Sequence record: MT782071.1
Origin: Escherichia phage JN02
Length of the DNA: 64,000 nucleotides
Direction: 5' to 3' (one strand)
Within the stretch, counting starts at the first letter, position 1. Every line of letters begins with the position of its first letter. Positions 13,606 through 23,352 of this stretch are shown here, piece after piece. Under the pieces are notes generated by a model. The model searched no databases. It had not been told where the DNA came from and worked only from the letters and a program-made list of their open reading frames with translations. The position numbers were made by a program, and so were the translations under genes.

Positions 13606-13613
13606 TATAAATA
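13606..13613 (+). promoter_or_regulatory. late promoter TATAAATA upstream of gene 24
   Basis: Exact TATAAATA about 27 nt before the gene 24 ATG. Confidence 0.55.
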
Positions 13614-13640
13614 ATCTATATCACATAAGGAAAAAATGCA

Positions 13641-14924
13641 ATGAGTAAAATCCAAAAATTATTGCGTGAATCTACAACGTCTACTAGCAACTCAATTGGT
13701 CGCCCAAATCTCGTTGCTTTGACTCGCGCTACGACTAAATTAATATATTCTGACATTGTAGCAACACAAAGAACTAATCAGCCTGTTGCTGCTTTTTATG
13801 GTATCAAATATCTTAACCCAGATAACGAATTCACATTTAAAACTGGTGCTACTTATGCGGGTGAAGTTGGATATGTAGACCGAGAAAAAATTACTGAGCT
13901 CACAGAAGAATCAAAAGTCACACTAAATAAAGGCGATTTTTTCAAATATAATAATATCGTCTATAAAGTGTTAGAAGATACACCATTTGCAGATATTCAA
14001 GAAAGTGATCTAGAATTAGCTCTTCAGATTGCAGTCGTTCATTTAAAGGTACGGTTATTTTCAGATGCAGCGGTAACAAGCAAATTTGAAAGCTCTGATA
14101 GCGAAATTTCTGATGCAAGATTCCAGATTAATAAATGGCAAACTTCAGTCAAATCTCGTAAACTTAAAACTGGACTCACGGTTGAATTAGCGCAAGATTT
14201 GGAAGCGAATGGATTTGATGCCCCTAACTTCTTAGAAGATTTGCTTGCTACTGAAATGGCCGATGAAATTAATAAAGATATTCTTCAGTCTTTAATTACT
14301 GTATCGAAACGTTATAAAGTTACTGGAATTACTGACACCGGATTTATTGACTTGAGCTATGCATCCGCTCCAGAAGCAGGACGTTCATTATATCGAATGG
14401 TGTGTGAAATGGTATCACACATTCAAAAAGAGACAACTTATACTGCAACGTTTTGTGTAGCCTCAGCTCGTGCAGCTGCTATTCTTGCTGCTTCTGGTTG
14501 GTTAAAACATAAGCCAGAAGATGACAAGTATCTTTCACAAAATGCTTATGGATTCTTGGCAAATGGATTACCTCTTTACTGTGATACCAACAGTCCGTTA
14601 GATTATGTTATTGTGGGTGTTGTAGAAAATATCGGCGAAAAAGAAATTGTAGGGTCCATCTTTTATGCTCCATACACTGAAGGAGTAGATTTAGATGACC
14701 CGGAACATGTTGGTGCATTTAAAGTTGTAGTTGATCCAGAAAGCTTGCAACCGTCTATCGGATTATTGGTTAGATATGCTTTATCAGCAAATCCTTACAC
14801 AGTAGCAAAAGACGAAAAAGAAGCGAGAATAATTGATGGTGGGGACATGGATAAAATGGCAGGACGTTCAGACTTGTCTGTTTTACTCGGTGTTAAATTG
14901 CCTAAAATTATTATAGATGAATAA
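13641..14924 (+). CDS. 24: capsid vertex protein
   Basis: 427 aa, same as T4 gp24; gp23-like fold signature; synteny. Confidence 0.95.
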   Translation: MSKIQKLLRESTTSTSNSIGRPNLVALTRATTKLIYSDIVATQRTNQPVAAFYGIKYLNPDNEFTFKTGATYAGEVGYVDREKITELTEESKVTLNKGDFFKYNNIVYKVLEDTPFADIQESDLELALQIAVVHLKVRLFSDAAVTSKFESSDSEISDARFQINKWQTSVKSRKLKTGLTVELAQDLEANGFDAPNFLEDLLATEMADEINKDILQSLITVSKRYKVTGITDTGFIDLSYASAPEAGRSLYRMVCEMVSHIQKETTYTATFCVASARAAAILAASGWLKHKPEDDKYLSQNAYGFLANGLPLYCDTNSPLDYVIVGVVENIGEKEIVGSIFYAPYTEGVDLDDPEHVGAFKVVVDPESLQPSIGLLVRYALSANPYTVAKDEKEARIIDGGDMDKMAGRSDLSVLLGVKLPKIIIDE

Positions 14925-14925
14925 A

Positions 14926-14959
14926 CAAAAAAAAGGGACCTTACGGTCCCTTTTTTTTT
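14926..14959. terminator. bidirectional terminator (A-run, GGGACC-UUAC-GGUCCC, T-run) between gene 24 and rnlB
   Basis: Stem-loop flanked by A9 on one side and T9 on the other; sits between convergent genes. Confidence 0.8.
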
Positions 14960-14960
14960 G

Positions 14961-15968
14961 TTATGATACTAATTCAATCCATGCAGGACGCAGAACATCT
15001 TGCACCATTCGGACTAATTCTTTCTTAACAAGATTCGGATTATCAGATGATGTTAATACAATACCTTCACGAGAAGTTTCTTCCAGAATATCTTGAACAG
15101 TCAATCCCATCACTTTACCAAAATCTTTTGGCGTTACAGTCCCAATCTTAGAAATCACATTATTAACACGATTTAATGTAACATAACAAGCTAGAACATC
15201 AAGCAGGTTTTTGTCAATTTCGGTTAATGGAACCTGAGTTTTAACAGGCTTATCAGACTTTTTCTTTTCACTGAATTTAGAGTTCTTGCACTTAATAGCT
15301 ACACGAGTACCGTTTGACAGCCATTTAGGGAAACAGGGCTTCAGAACATAACCTTCTGCTGTATTATCGCCAATAACATTAGCATCAAATACACAATTAT
15401 TTGCTTCTACAAGGTCTTCTGATGCAGTAGAATTATAAGCGGCTAAGACAGAATCAAGGTCATTTGGAATCATGATAAGAGAATCAAATGTTCCACGACC
15501 AAGCATTGGTGCCATTTTAAAACCAAACGTATTACAGAAATCTTGCATTTCGTAATCACTCATATAATAAGTATCATCACTTTCCGTGTTTATGATGATA
15601 TCGAACACATAAAAATCTTTTTCACCGTAGTCAACACCTTTCTGGATTCCACCACCAGCGAATTCACCAAAGACTTGATATGACACCGGCACTGAAGTTG
15701 AAATACTTTCCATGACTTCTTGAACGGCTTTAATAGCTTTATCATACTTCTTAAGTACGATTTCATAACCATAAAAATCTTCTGCTGGAAGAATAGGGCC
15801 TGTGCGCTTGGCGCATGTGACGTTGTCACGTTCAATTATTAACGAGAAGTTGGTCCCATGGATTTTCTCACGTGCTACCCAAACACCGGTAGTCAAACCA
15901 TTAGTGTAGAGTTTTTCAATAAACTTAGAGTTGTAGTGGTTTTCAAGACTGCTGTATTTCTTAAACAT
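14961..15968 (-). CDS. rnlB: RNA ligase 2
   Basis: 335 aa; N-terminus [21 protein letters not shown] matches T4 Rnl2; adenylation lysine in the KIHGTNFS motif (Rnl2 KxxG motif I). Confidence 0.95.
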   Translation of the reverse strand: MFKKYSSLENHYNSKFIEKLYTNGLTTGVWVAREKIHGTNFSLIIERDNVTCAKRTGPILPAEDFYGYEIVLKKYDKAIKAVQEVMESISTSVPVSYQVFGEFAGGGIQKGVDYGEKDFYVFDIIINTESDDTYYMSDYEMQDFCNTFGFKMAPMLGRGTFDSLIMIPNDLDSVLAAYNSTASEDLVEANNCVFDANVIGDNTAEGYVLKPCFPKWLSNGTRVAIKCKNSKFSEKKKSDKPVKTQVPLTEIDKNLLDVLACYVTLNRVNNVISKIGTVTPKDFGKVMGLTVQDILEETSREGIVLTSSDNPNLVKKELVRMVQDVLRPAWIELVS

Positions 15969-16059
15969 AAATCACCATTATAAATAATAATATCAAAATA
16001 ATTAGCAGAGACTCTATCTCTGGCCCGATGTTTAATTTGAATGGATAGAACCTAGATTC

Positions 16060-16085
16060 ATTATACCATCAAAAAATGTAAAGCA
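16060..16085 (-). promoter_or_regulatory. candidate T4 middle promoter (MotA box TGCTTTA, 13 nt, TATAAT) upstream of rnlB
   Basis: Minus-strand aTGCTTTAcattttttgatggTATAATgaa. Confidence 0.3.
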
Positions 16086-16087
16086 TA

Positions 16088-16339
16088 CTAGAACTTGATT
16101 TCTATCCAATGCCCATCACGCTGGTCGTGATTAATTTTGTACTGAAAGCCGTTATCACGGAACCACTGCCCAATTTGCTCGGTGATAGTTAAATCATTCT
16201 TTGAGGGATAGTACGTAAATTGTGTCTGACCTTTGTCAGCGGCTTTCTCTGCCATCACAGAGAAGTTAGTAATAAAATCTTTCAACAAATTGGCTTTAGT
16301 GGCCAGGGCCCTTTCTCTTAATTCCTGTGCAAAACTCAT
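16088..16339 (-). CDS. hypothetical protein (83 aa; position of T4 24.2/24.3)
   Basis: ORF overlapping the upstream ORF by 4 nt; position only. Confidence 0.5.
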   Translation of the reverse strand: MSFAQELRERALATKANLLKDFITNFSVMAEKAADKGQTQFTYYPSKNDLTITEQIGQWFRDNGFQYKINHDQRDGHWIEIKF

Positions 16340-16542
16340 TTCTTCACCTTTTTGTTAATCAAACGTTTACGGTATACAACTTTTTCTTTTGCTTTAAACT
16401 TTGACCGAGCTGTCTCGGCTTTAGTCCATAGTAATCCAACTTCTTTAGGTTGTAAACCAATTTTTTGAGCAATTTCTACGAATGAAAATCCCGCCTCATG
16501 TAATGTATAAACTTCAACTTCAGCTCTCATAATCAATCCCAT
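16336..16542 (-). CDS. hypothetical protein (68 aa) with possible helix-turn-helix
   Basis: Segment FSFVEIAQKIGLQPKEVGLLWTKA resembles an HTH; basic C-terminus. Confidence 0.45.
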   Translation of the reverse strand: MGLIMRAEVEVYTLHEAGFSFVEIAQKIGLQPKEVGLLWTKAETARSKFKAKEKVVYRKRLINKKVKK

Positions 16543-16631
16543 ATTATTTGGTTTGTGCCATTATATACATCAATCTCAAGTTGTGTTTTGTATGCTTTAA
16601 AAACGAAGAAAGGGGCCGAAGCCCCTTACGA

Positions 16632-18050
16632 TTATGGATATGTATAGATGATACCAGTTTCTAAAGCAGTTTTATGGATGACGTATCCATTACGTGATTC
16701 TTGAACATCAACTTCCGGATAGTCTTTCATCATCTTCTGAAGTGTGTAACGATGCAAGTAGTACTTACTATCTGGATCTTCAGTTTTCCAATCTTTACCT
16801 TCTTCAGTCATTTTTTGGATTTCATCCATAACCCACCATCCGCACCAGATGTAAGCTGAAGTACGATGTGGAAGAGGATGAACATAAGGTAGTTCACCTT
16901 CTGGTTCTGGAGCAACTTTATCGGTTACCTGAACTTGACCTTCTGCTGTAATAGTTTTGCTATCGTAATCAGTTGCAGTAATAGTTGCAGTAACTTCAAT
17001 AGTTTGACTTCCAATAGATGAGGTATCAACAGTATATACATTAGTTGACCCTTCTACAGGAGAAGAATCTTTCTTCCACGAGTAAGTAATTTGTGCTGCG
17101 TCAGGTGCGCCAGTAACATTAGCAGTAAATGTAGCCGAAGCATCTTGTTGAACATTAATAGAAGGAGGAGTCAATGTAATCTGTGGATTCATTGTCTTCT
17201 TATTAACCGTTAATGATACTTCATTCGAAGTAACTTCCTTTGCATCATAATCTGTCGCTGTTACTTGGGCTACACACTTAATTTTTTTAACTCCACTTGT
17301 AGTTGGAGTATAGCTAAATGTAGAGTTAGTTTCTCCACCAACCTGTGAATCATCTACATACCACTGATACGTAGCAGACGCTCCAACCGGTTGAGAAGCT
17401 AAGGCAGCAGTAAATTGAACTTGGGTTCCAATTACTCCGGCCGAAGGACTATTGGGAGTTACTGCCAACGTAGTTGTCTGTGTCTTTTTATTAACAGTCA
17501 GTGACACTTCATTAGAAGTAACGCTTAGTGCATCATAATCTGCCGCAGTTACTTGAGCTACACACTTGATTTTTTTAACTCCGCTTGTAGAAGGAGTGTA
17601 ATTGAATGTAGCGGAAGTTGCTTCGCCAACAGGAGAATCATCTACATACCATTGATAAGTAGCGTTTGCGCCTGATGGCTGCGAAGCTAAAGCGGCAGTA
17701 AATTGAACTTGGGTTCCAATTACTCCAGCGTCAGGGCTATTAGGAGTTACAGCTAAGGTAGTCGTTTGTGTCTTGTTTTGAACTGTGATAGTTGTAGAAG
17801 CTTCTGCTGTTTCAGCTTCAGCTTCCGGAACTGTATTTGTTGCAACTACTTTAATAGTCTTTTGACCTGCAGGTCCTTTTAGTACATAACTAAAAGTTGC
17901 TTCAGCTCCATCTTGTGGAACATCATCTACAGTCCAAGCATATGTAATAGTTCCACCTCCAGTTTCACCACTGGGAGTAGCAGTAAACTGCTTAGTCTCA
18001 TCTATAACTCCAGTAGGTGTTTTAGGAGTTATATCAACTGTAAAAGCCAT
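16632..18050 (-). CDS. hoc: highly immunogenic outer capsid protein Hoc, 4 Ig-like domains + capsid-binding C-terminus
   Basis: 472 aa; C-terminus ...PYVHPLPHRTSAYIWCGWWVMDEIQ... is Hoc-like; two 93-aa repeats plus flanking Ig-like units. Confidence 0.9.
   Translation of the reverse strand: MAFTVDITPKTPTGVIDETKQFTATPSGETGGGTITYAWTVDDVPQDGAEATFSYVLKGPAGQKTIKVVATNTVPEAEAETAEASTTITVQNKTQTTTLAVTPNSPDAGVIGTQVQFTAALASQPSGANATYQWYVDDSPVGEATSATFNYTPSTSGVKKIKCVAQVTAADYDALSVTSNEVSLTVNKKTQTTTLAVTPNSPSAGVIGTQVQFTAALASQPVGASATYQWYVDDSQVGGETNSTFSYTPTTSGVKKIKCVAQVTATDYDAKEVTSNEVSLTVNKKTMNPQITLTPPSINVQQDASATFTANVTGAPDAAQITYSWKKDSSPVEGSTNVYTVDTSSIGSQTIEVTATITATDYDSKTITAEGQVQVTDKVAPEPEGELPYVHPLPHRTSAYIWCGWWVMDEIQKMTEEGKDWKTEDPDSKYYLHRYTLQKMMKDYPEVDVQESRNGYVIHKTALETGIIYTYP
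17211..17774. repeat. tandem direct repeat, 2 x about 279 bp, inside hoc (duplicated Ig-like domain)
   Basis: Copies at about 17211-17489 and 17490-17774 are near-identical; encoded 93-aa units are about 88% identical. Confidence 0.85.
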
Positions 18051-18059
18051 AAGTTATCC

Positions 18060-18728
18060 TTATTTTAATGTTACGAAAGAAGAATTACGAGTTTCACGAA
18101 TTAGAACTGATCCATCGCGATTAATATAATAAATTAAGCTAAATAATGTTTGGTGAGCAGAAGCATGCACAAAACTAGTTGGGCGAGATTTCCAATCTGG
18201 GGTTTCGGCTATCCATTGATAAATCCACCAAGGAACAGTAACATATCCTGGGCCTTTGCCTAATTTAATGAGTGTAGGACTAAAATTTTCAGGCAGAACA
18301 AATTTTACTTCTTTATTTACCTCTGCCTCAGGCTCTTTTTCAGATTCAACAACCTGAGTAATTGCTTCTTCGAATTTATCATGGTCGAATTCTTTTTCTT
18401 GTTCGACAACTTCTAATACTTCAACTTGTTCTGTTGGAGAATCAAACAACAGAATAGCTTCTTCTTTAACTTCTTCGTTGGTGAAATTAACACCGTCTAC
18501 ATCATCTGCGGCAGTAATTAAATCAGTGATAGATAATCCATCAGTTTCAGGTAATGGTTCATCAGCCAGTGCGTTAAGAGCTTCTTCGATATCAATAACA
18601 ATATTATCGAATGATTTTGATTTCTTAACACTAATGCCAAATTGTTCCGCATATTCAAACAGTTTAGCTTTGGCTTCCTTTTTATCAGAAAGAGCACGTA
18701 ACTCTTCAATATAGTCTTTATCGATCAT
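18060..18728 (-). CDS. inh: acidic protein in the position of T4 Inh (inhibitor of prohead protease)
   Basis: 222 aa (T4 Inh about 226 aa); sits between hoc and uvsW; call is by position and size only. Confidence 0.5.
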   Translation of the reverse strand: MIDKDYIEELRALSDKKEAKAKLFEYAEQFGISVKKSKSFDNIVIDIEEALNALADEPLPETDGLSITDLITAADDVDGVNFTNEEVKEEAILLFDSPTEQVEVLEVVEQEKEFDHDKFEEAITQVVESEKEPEAEVNKEVKFVLPENFSPTLIKLGKGPGYVTVPWWIYQWIAETPDWKSRPTSFVHASAHQTLFSLIYYINRDGSVLIRETRNSSFVTLK

Positions 18729-18741
18729 GATATTTCCTCAT

Positions 18742-18749
18742 TATAAATA
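18742..18749 (+). promoter_or_regulatory. late promoter TATAAATA upstream of uvsW
   Basis: Exact TATAAATA about 30 nt before the uvsW ATG; uvsW is a late gene in T4. Confidence 0.5.
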
Positions 18750-18778
18750 TAATTATATTTATTACATGGTAATTTGAC

Positions 18779-20293
18779 ATGACTGACATTAAAGTACACT
18801 TTTATGATTTTAGTCACGTGCGCATTGAATGCGACGAAAGTACGTTTTACGAACTTCGTGACTTTTTTAGCTTTGAAGCTGACGGGTATAAATTTAACCC
18901 AAAATATCGCTATGGGCAATGGGATGGTAGAATTCGACTTTTAGATTACAACCGTTTGTTACCATATGGACTTGTAGGACAAATAAAAAAGTTCTGTAAC
19001 AATATGAGTTATTCTGTATGGATTGATCCTAAAATCTTTGAGACCGAAGACCTTACCAGGGAAGATTTTGACGCATGGCTTTCTAAACAAGAAATTTATT
19101 CGGGCAACTCCAAAATCGAACCACATTGGTATCAAAAAGATGCGGTATATGAAGGTCTAGTTAATCGTCGTCGAATTTTAAACCTTCCGACATCAGCAGG
19201 TAAATCACTAATCCAAGCACTTTTAGCTCGATACTATCTAGAGAACTATGAAGGTAAAATTCTCATTATCGTCCCTACAACAGCATTGACAACCCAGATG
19301 GCTAATGATTTTGTTGATTATCGCTTGTTTAGTCATTCGATGATTAAGAAAATTGGCGGTGGTGCTGATAAAGCAGACAGAGCTAAAAACGACGCTCCAA
19401 TTATTGTTGGCACATGGCAAACGGTAGTTAAGCAGCCTAAAGAATGGTTCTCTCAGTTCGGTATGATGATGAACGATGAATGCCACTTAGCAACAGGCAA
19501 AAGTATTTCTTCAATCATCTCAGGATTAAATAATTGCATGTTTAAATTCGGTTTATCTGGCTCATTAAGAGACGGAAAAGCCAATGTAATGCAGTACGTA
19601 GGTATGTTCGGCGAAATCTTCCGTCCTGTTAGCACGTCTAAATTAATGGAAGACGGACAGGTAACTGAGCTTAAGATTAATAGTATTTTCCTTCGTTATC
19701 CGGACGAATTCACCGTTAAATTAAAAGGTAAAACATACCAAGAAGAAGTTAAAATTATTACCGGACTAAAACGACGTACAAAGTGGATTGCTCAACTTTC
19801 AGTCAAATTGGCTAAGAAAGACGAGAACGCCTTTGTAATGTTTAAACACGTTACACACGGTAAAGAAATATTTGAAGCTATTAAAGAGCTTGGATACGAA
19901 AAAGTTTATTACGTATCAGGTGAAGTTGATACTGAAACACGTAACGCGCTTAAAGTCATGGCAGAAAATGGTAAAGGCATTATTATTGTCGCATCATATG
20001 GAGTATTCTCTACTGGTATTTCAGTCAAGAATCTTCATCATGTTATTTTCGCCCATGGTGTTAAATCAAAAATTATCGTACTTCAAACCGTAGGTCGAGT
20101 GCTTCGTAAGCATGGTTCTAAAGCTGTTGCTACAGTTTGGGATCTCATCGATGACGCAGGTGTAAAACCTAAATCATTAAATACTAAAAAGAAGTATACT
20201 CATCTTAATTACTTGTTAAAACACGGTATTGATCGTATCCAACGTTACGCTGATGAGAAATTTAACTATGTAATGAAAACAATTAATTTATAA
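18779..20293 (+). CDS. uvsW: UvsW RNA-DNA / DNA helicase
   Basis: 504 aa; N-terminus MTDIKVHFYDFSHVRIECDESTFYELRDFFSFEADGYKFNP matches T4 UvsW; DECH helicase motif. Confidence 0.95.
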   Translation: MTDIKVHFYDFSHVRIECDESTFYELRDFFSFEADGYKFNPKYRYGQWDGRIRLLDYNRLLPYGLVGQIKKFCNNMSYSVWIDPKIFETEDLTREDFDAWLSKQEIYSGNSKIEPHWYQKDAVYEGLVNRRRILNLPTSAGKSLIQALLARYYLENYEGKILIIVPTTALTTQMANDFVDYRLFSHSMIKKIGGGADKADRAKNDAPIIVGTWQTVVKQPKEWFSQFGMMMNDECHLATGKSISSIISGLNNCMFKFGLSGSLRDGKANVMQYVGMFGEIFRPVSTSKLMEDGQVTELKINSIFLRYPDEFTVKLKGKTYQEEVKIITGLKRRTKWIAQLSVKLAKKDENAFVMFKHVTHGKEIFEAIKELGYEKVYYVSGEVDTETRNALKVMAENGKGIIIVASYGVFSTGISVKNLHHVIFAHGVKSKIIVLQTVGRVLRKHGSKAVATVWDLIDDAGVKPKSLNTKKKYTHLNYLLKHGIDRIQRYADEKFNYVMKTINL

Positions 20294-20318
20294 GGGCTTC
20301 GGCCCTTAGGAGATAAAA

Positions 20319-20552
20319 ATGGTACTTGAATTTAAACAATTTTTATACGAAGCATCTATTGACGAATTCATGGGTAAAATTGCTAGTTGTCATACCTTAG
20401 AAGGGCTTGAAGAGTTGGAAGCTTATTATAAGAAACGTATAAAAGAAACGGAATTAAAAGATACAGATGATATTTCTGTCAGGGATGCCTTAGCAGGTAA
20501 GCGTGCCGAACTTGAAGGCGACGATGATGAGGATGAGGAAGAAGACTTCTAA
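20319..20552 (+). CDS. uvsW.1: UvsW.1 (small acidic protein)
   Basis: 77 aa with acidic tail DDDEDEEEDF; directly downstream of uvsW. Confidence 0.8.
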   Translation: MVLEFKQFLYEASIDEFMGKIASCHTLEGLEELEAYYKKRIKETELKDTDDISVRDALAGKRAELEGDDDEDEEEDF

Positions 20553-20555
20553 TTA

Positions 20556-20590
20556 AAAAAAGGCCCGACCTTTTTGGAAGGGCCAAAACC
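20556..20590 (+). terminator. putative terminator stem-loop after uvsW.1
   Basis: A-run, GGCCC...GGGCC inverted repeat around a T-rich loop. Confidence 0.4.
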
Positions 20591-20609
20591 ATAGGCAAAA
20601 AAGGTAACA

Positions 20610-20777
20610 CTATAGTAAAAGTTGGGTTTCGTTCAATTGCTCTTCTGAACTTTCTGAAACCGGCATTTGTTGGACATAATTATAACAAGGCCCAGGATGT
20701 GCGGGACCTTTGTCTGTTTCAACAACCAATGCAGAATCGATTGGAGTTTTACAGACAACACAAATCTTATCTGACAT
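20610..20777 (-). CDS. small Cys-containing protein (55 aa), in the position of T4 uvsY.-2; not in the ORF track
   Basis: ATG preceded by AGGAGG; translation MSDKICVVCKTPIDSALVVETDKGPAHPGPCYNYVQQMPVSESSEEQLNETQLLL; below the track's 60-aa cutoff. Confidence 0.45.
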   Translation of the reverse strand: MSDKICVVCKTPIDSALVVETDKGPAHPGPCYNYVQQMPVSESSEEQLNETQLLL

Positions 20778-20809
20778 GATTGCCTCCTAAGTTGAAATTA
20801 CATATCTAT

Positions 20810-21034
20810 TTATACCACTCGCATGCACATATCGATACCCATATCTTTTGTATAAAAATACTCGTCGATGTATCCAGCAAACTTCCCTTTAATATAAAGG
20901 ACGTCTTCGCCACAAGGATGGTCTGCCAGAATACGAATGTCCTGGCGACGTAGACGATACTTTTCCATTAAGAATTTAATTTCGGTTTCAAATTCTTCAT
21001 CATTATTAAAGGCATCTTCAATTGAATAACGCAT
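20810..21034 (-). CDS. hypothetical protein (74 aa), in the position of T4 uvsY.-1
   Basis: ORF directly downstream of uvsY on the same strand. Confidence 0.5.
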   Translation of the reverse strand: MRYSIEDAFNNDEEFETEIKFLMEKYRLRRQDIRILADHPCGEDVLYIKGKFAGYIDEYFYTKDMGIDMCMRVV

Positions 21035-21447
21035 TATTGCCCCGCTTCAAATTCTCGCATATCTTGGATATGTTTAAGTGCAAAACTACGAGACTTAACT
21101 GCGTCAAGTGCACCACTACAGAACTCAAGTAAAATTCCCCAGTATTGTAAAGTGGTCTCTATTTTAAGCACGTCTTTATCTGCAGCCAGGACAGTTTTCA
21201 TTTCAGATTTCTCGTATCGGTCCATACTGAATTCATCACCGTCACCTCGTCCCGAGTAGTAGTCTAATCTTGCTTTTAGAGCAGTTTTCTTCTGAGTCTC
21301 TATACGCAACATTTCTTTACGAATAAATGAGTGCTTACGTAGCCATTTGCTGTATAACTTAACATTATTCGCCGTCTCATATTGCAACTTTGTCATATCA
21401 ATAGCTAAGTCTGCGTCTAACTCTTCCTGTAAATCTTCCAGCTTCAT
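21034..21447 (-). CDS. uvsY: UvsY recombination mediator
   Basis: 137 aa from the internal ATG (MKLEDLQEEL...), matching the T4 UvsY N-terminus; the 27 codons upstream in the ORF track look like read-through. Confidence 0.93.
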   Translation of the reverse strand: MKLEDLQEELDADLAIDMTKLQYETANNVKLYSKWLRKHSFIRKEMLRIETQKKTALKARLDYYSGRGDGDEFSMDRYEKSEMKTVLAADKDVLKIETTLQYWGILLEFCSGALDAVKSRSFALKHIQDMREFEAGQ

Positions 21448-21527
21448 AATGTTCTCTCTTTTAACTAATAATCTCCCGGCTGTATCGGAAGGACCTAAAA
21501 CCATTATACATAGGTTGCCTTGAAGCA

Positions 21528-21926
21528 TTACACTCTATTGCTTGACGCTAGCTGAAGTTTAATTTGTTCAATATCGTCAGGGTTGTCTACGACCGAAAAT
21601 CTAATCTCTACTATAACCGTATAGTCATCATATACTGGCGTTACACTCACAGAAAGTTTGTCGATGCGTGGCTCATAGTTACGAACAGCTGCCTGGATAT
21701 TACGCTCAATCGTATCGGCTGTAAGTGGTGTCATGTTCTCGAAAAGTTCATCAACCAAATCGCATCCAAATTCAGGGTCGAAGGGGCGTGAGCCTTTTCT
21801 AGTTGTCACTATGCCAAGAAGACTATTTTTAATAGAACGAAGTCCTACAGAACGAGCAACGTCCTTGTTCCAATCCATACGCATTTCTGGGTCGATATCT
21901 GAATAAAGTTTATTGATATTAGACAT
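21528..21926 (-). CDS. 25: baseplate wedge protein gp25
   Basis: 132 aa, same as T4 gp25; synteny. Confidence 0.9.
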   Translation of the reverse strand: MSNINKLYSDIDPEMRMDWNKDVARSVGLRSIKNSLLGIVTTRKGSRPFDPEFGCDLVDELFENMTPLTADTIERNIQAAVRNYEPRIDKLSVSVTPVYDDYTVIVEIRFSVVDNPDDIEQIKLQLASSNRV

Positions 21927-22552
21927 TATAGTAACTCAAAGAATTCTTTGAGGCCTCGTATTGTGTGAACGTGTGACGCCCCACATTTGGGACATTTAAT
22001 AGGGGTTGCCAGATAAATTGATGGCGATACTAAAAGATTTTTAATATTGATCATGTCATCTTCTGTTATAAGGCCGTAAAGGTCGTTTATTTCTGCTTCA
22101 GTTAAATCTTCAACAGGGATGGACTCTCCATTGACAAAAACGGCCTCAATACATGAAGCAATCATTAATGCGATATTTTTATCGTCAAATAATTTAGGTT
22201 GACGGAACTTAATTTTAATACCACTGAACGAATACCAGGGATCGGCCTGTTCATCTAATTGAGTGTGCAATAAATTCATATAGACTTGAAATGAATGCCC
22301 ACAGGAACAATTCCAGGTGTGTTCTTGATTCACTTCACCTAATGAATGTGCCCACAGATTTACCAACAATAACTCGGCTTCTTGTTTAGTCAAGTTTTTA
22401 GCGTTAGAGCAATTAGTGATAATATTGTTCACTGCTGATTCAATAGTACCAGTAGCTCGCGCACCTATGAGTCCTAAATATTCTTTTAAAGTAAAGGCTC
22501 TACAATTCACTTCTTTATCGCCTAAACGTACGGTAAACGTATATTTGTACAT
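21926..22552 (-). CDS. 26: baseplate hub protein gp26
   Basis: 208 aa, same as T4 gp26; synteny. Confidence 0.85.
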   Translation of the reverse strand: MYKYTFTVRLGDKEVNCRAFTLKEYLGLIGARATGTIESAVNNIITNCSNAKNLTKQEAELLLVNLWAHSLGEVNQEHTWNCSCGHSFQVYMNLLHTQLDEQADPWYSFSGIKIKFRQPKLFDDKNIALMIASCIEAVFVNGESIPVEDLTEAEINDLYGLITEDDMINIKNLLVSPSIYLATPIKCPKCGASHVHTIRGLKEFFELL

Positions 22553-22570
22553 GTTAACTCCTTTATTGTG

Positions 22571-22582
22571 TATTTATAAATA
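22571..22582. promoter_or_regulatory. overlapping divergent late promoters (TATAAATA on both strands) between genes 26 and 51
   Basis: tatTTATAAATAat reads as TATAAATA on plus (about 22575-22582) and minus (about 22571-22578). Confidence 0.55.
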
Positions 22583-22599
22583 ATAGAAAAGGAGTAATT

Positions 22600-23352
22600 A
22601 TGGCTAATATAATTCGTTGTAAATTACCGGATGGTGTTCATCGTTTTAAGCCGTTCACTGTGGCGGATTATAGAGACTTTTTACTAGTTAGAAATGATAT
22701 CGAACATCGTTCGCCGCAAGAACAAAAAGAAATAATTGCCGATCTGATTGATGATTATTTTGGCGAGTACCCTAAAACATGGCAACCATTTATATTCCTG
22801 CAAGTTTTTGCAGGCTCTATAGGCAAAACAAAAGTTCCTGTTATTTTCACTTGCCCTAAATGCTCTAAAGAAAAAACCGCACCATTTGAGATATATCAAA
22901 AAGAACTAGTCGAACCTGAACTTGATGTTGCTGGTATAAAAATACGTTTTTCTTTCCCTGAAAAGTTTTATGACAATAAAGCATTAATGATAAGTGAAAA
23001 CATAAAAGAAATATATTATAATGATGAATGGTACCCATGGAATGATTTGACTGAAGAGAACCAAATCCAAGTAATAGAAGCAATAGACATTGACTCGCTC
23101 GAGAAGGTTATTGCTTCTATGAACCCTATTAATTTGACCCTTAGATTAGGTTGTTGTGAACGTCATGTTAAAACATATACTGATATCTTAGAGGTTTTTA
23201 AATTGTTAGTTAACCCTGATGAGATTTTTACATTCTATCAGATAAACCATTCACTAGTAAAGAGTCAATACACATTGGATTCTATTATGCAAATGATTCC
23301 TGTTGAACGTGGTATTGCTTTAACATTAGTAGAAAAGGACCATAAAAAATGA
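22600..23352 (+). CDS. 51: baseplate hub assembly catalyst gp51
   Basis: 250 aa (T4 gp51 249 aa); synteny. Confidence 0.85.
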   Translation: MANIIRCKLPDGVHRFKPFTVADYRDFLLVRNDIEHRSPQEQKEIIADLIDDYFGEYPKTWQPFIFLQVFAGSIGKTKVPVIFTCPKCSKEKTAPFEIYQKELVEPELDVAGIKIRFSFPEKFYDNKALMISENIKEIYYNDEWYPWNDLTEENQIQVIEAIDIDSLEKVIASMNPINLTLRLGCCERHVKTYTDILEVFKLLVNPDEIFTFYQINHSLVKSQYTLDSIMQMIPVERGIALTLVEKDHKK

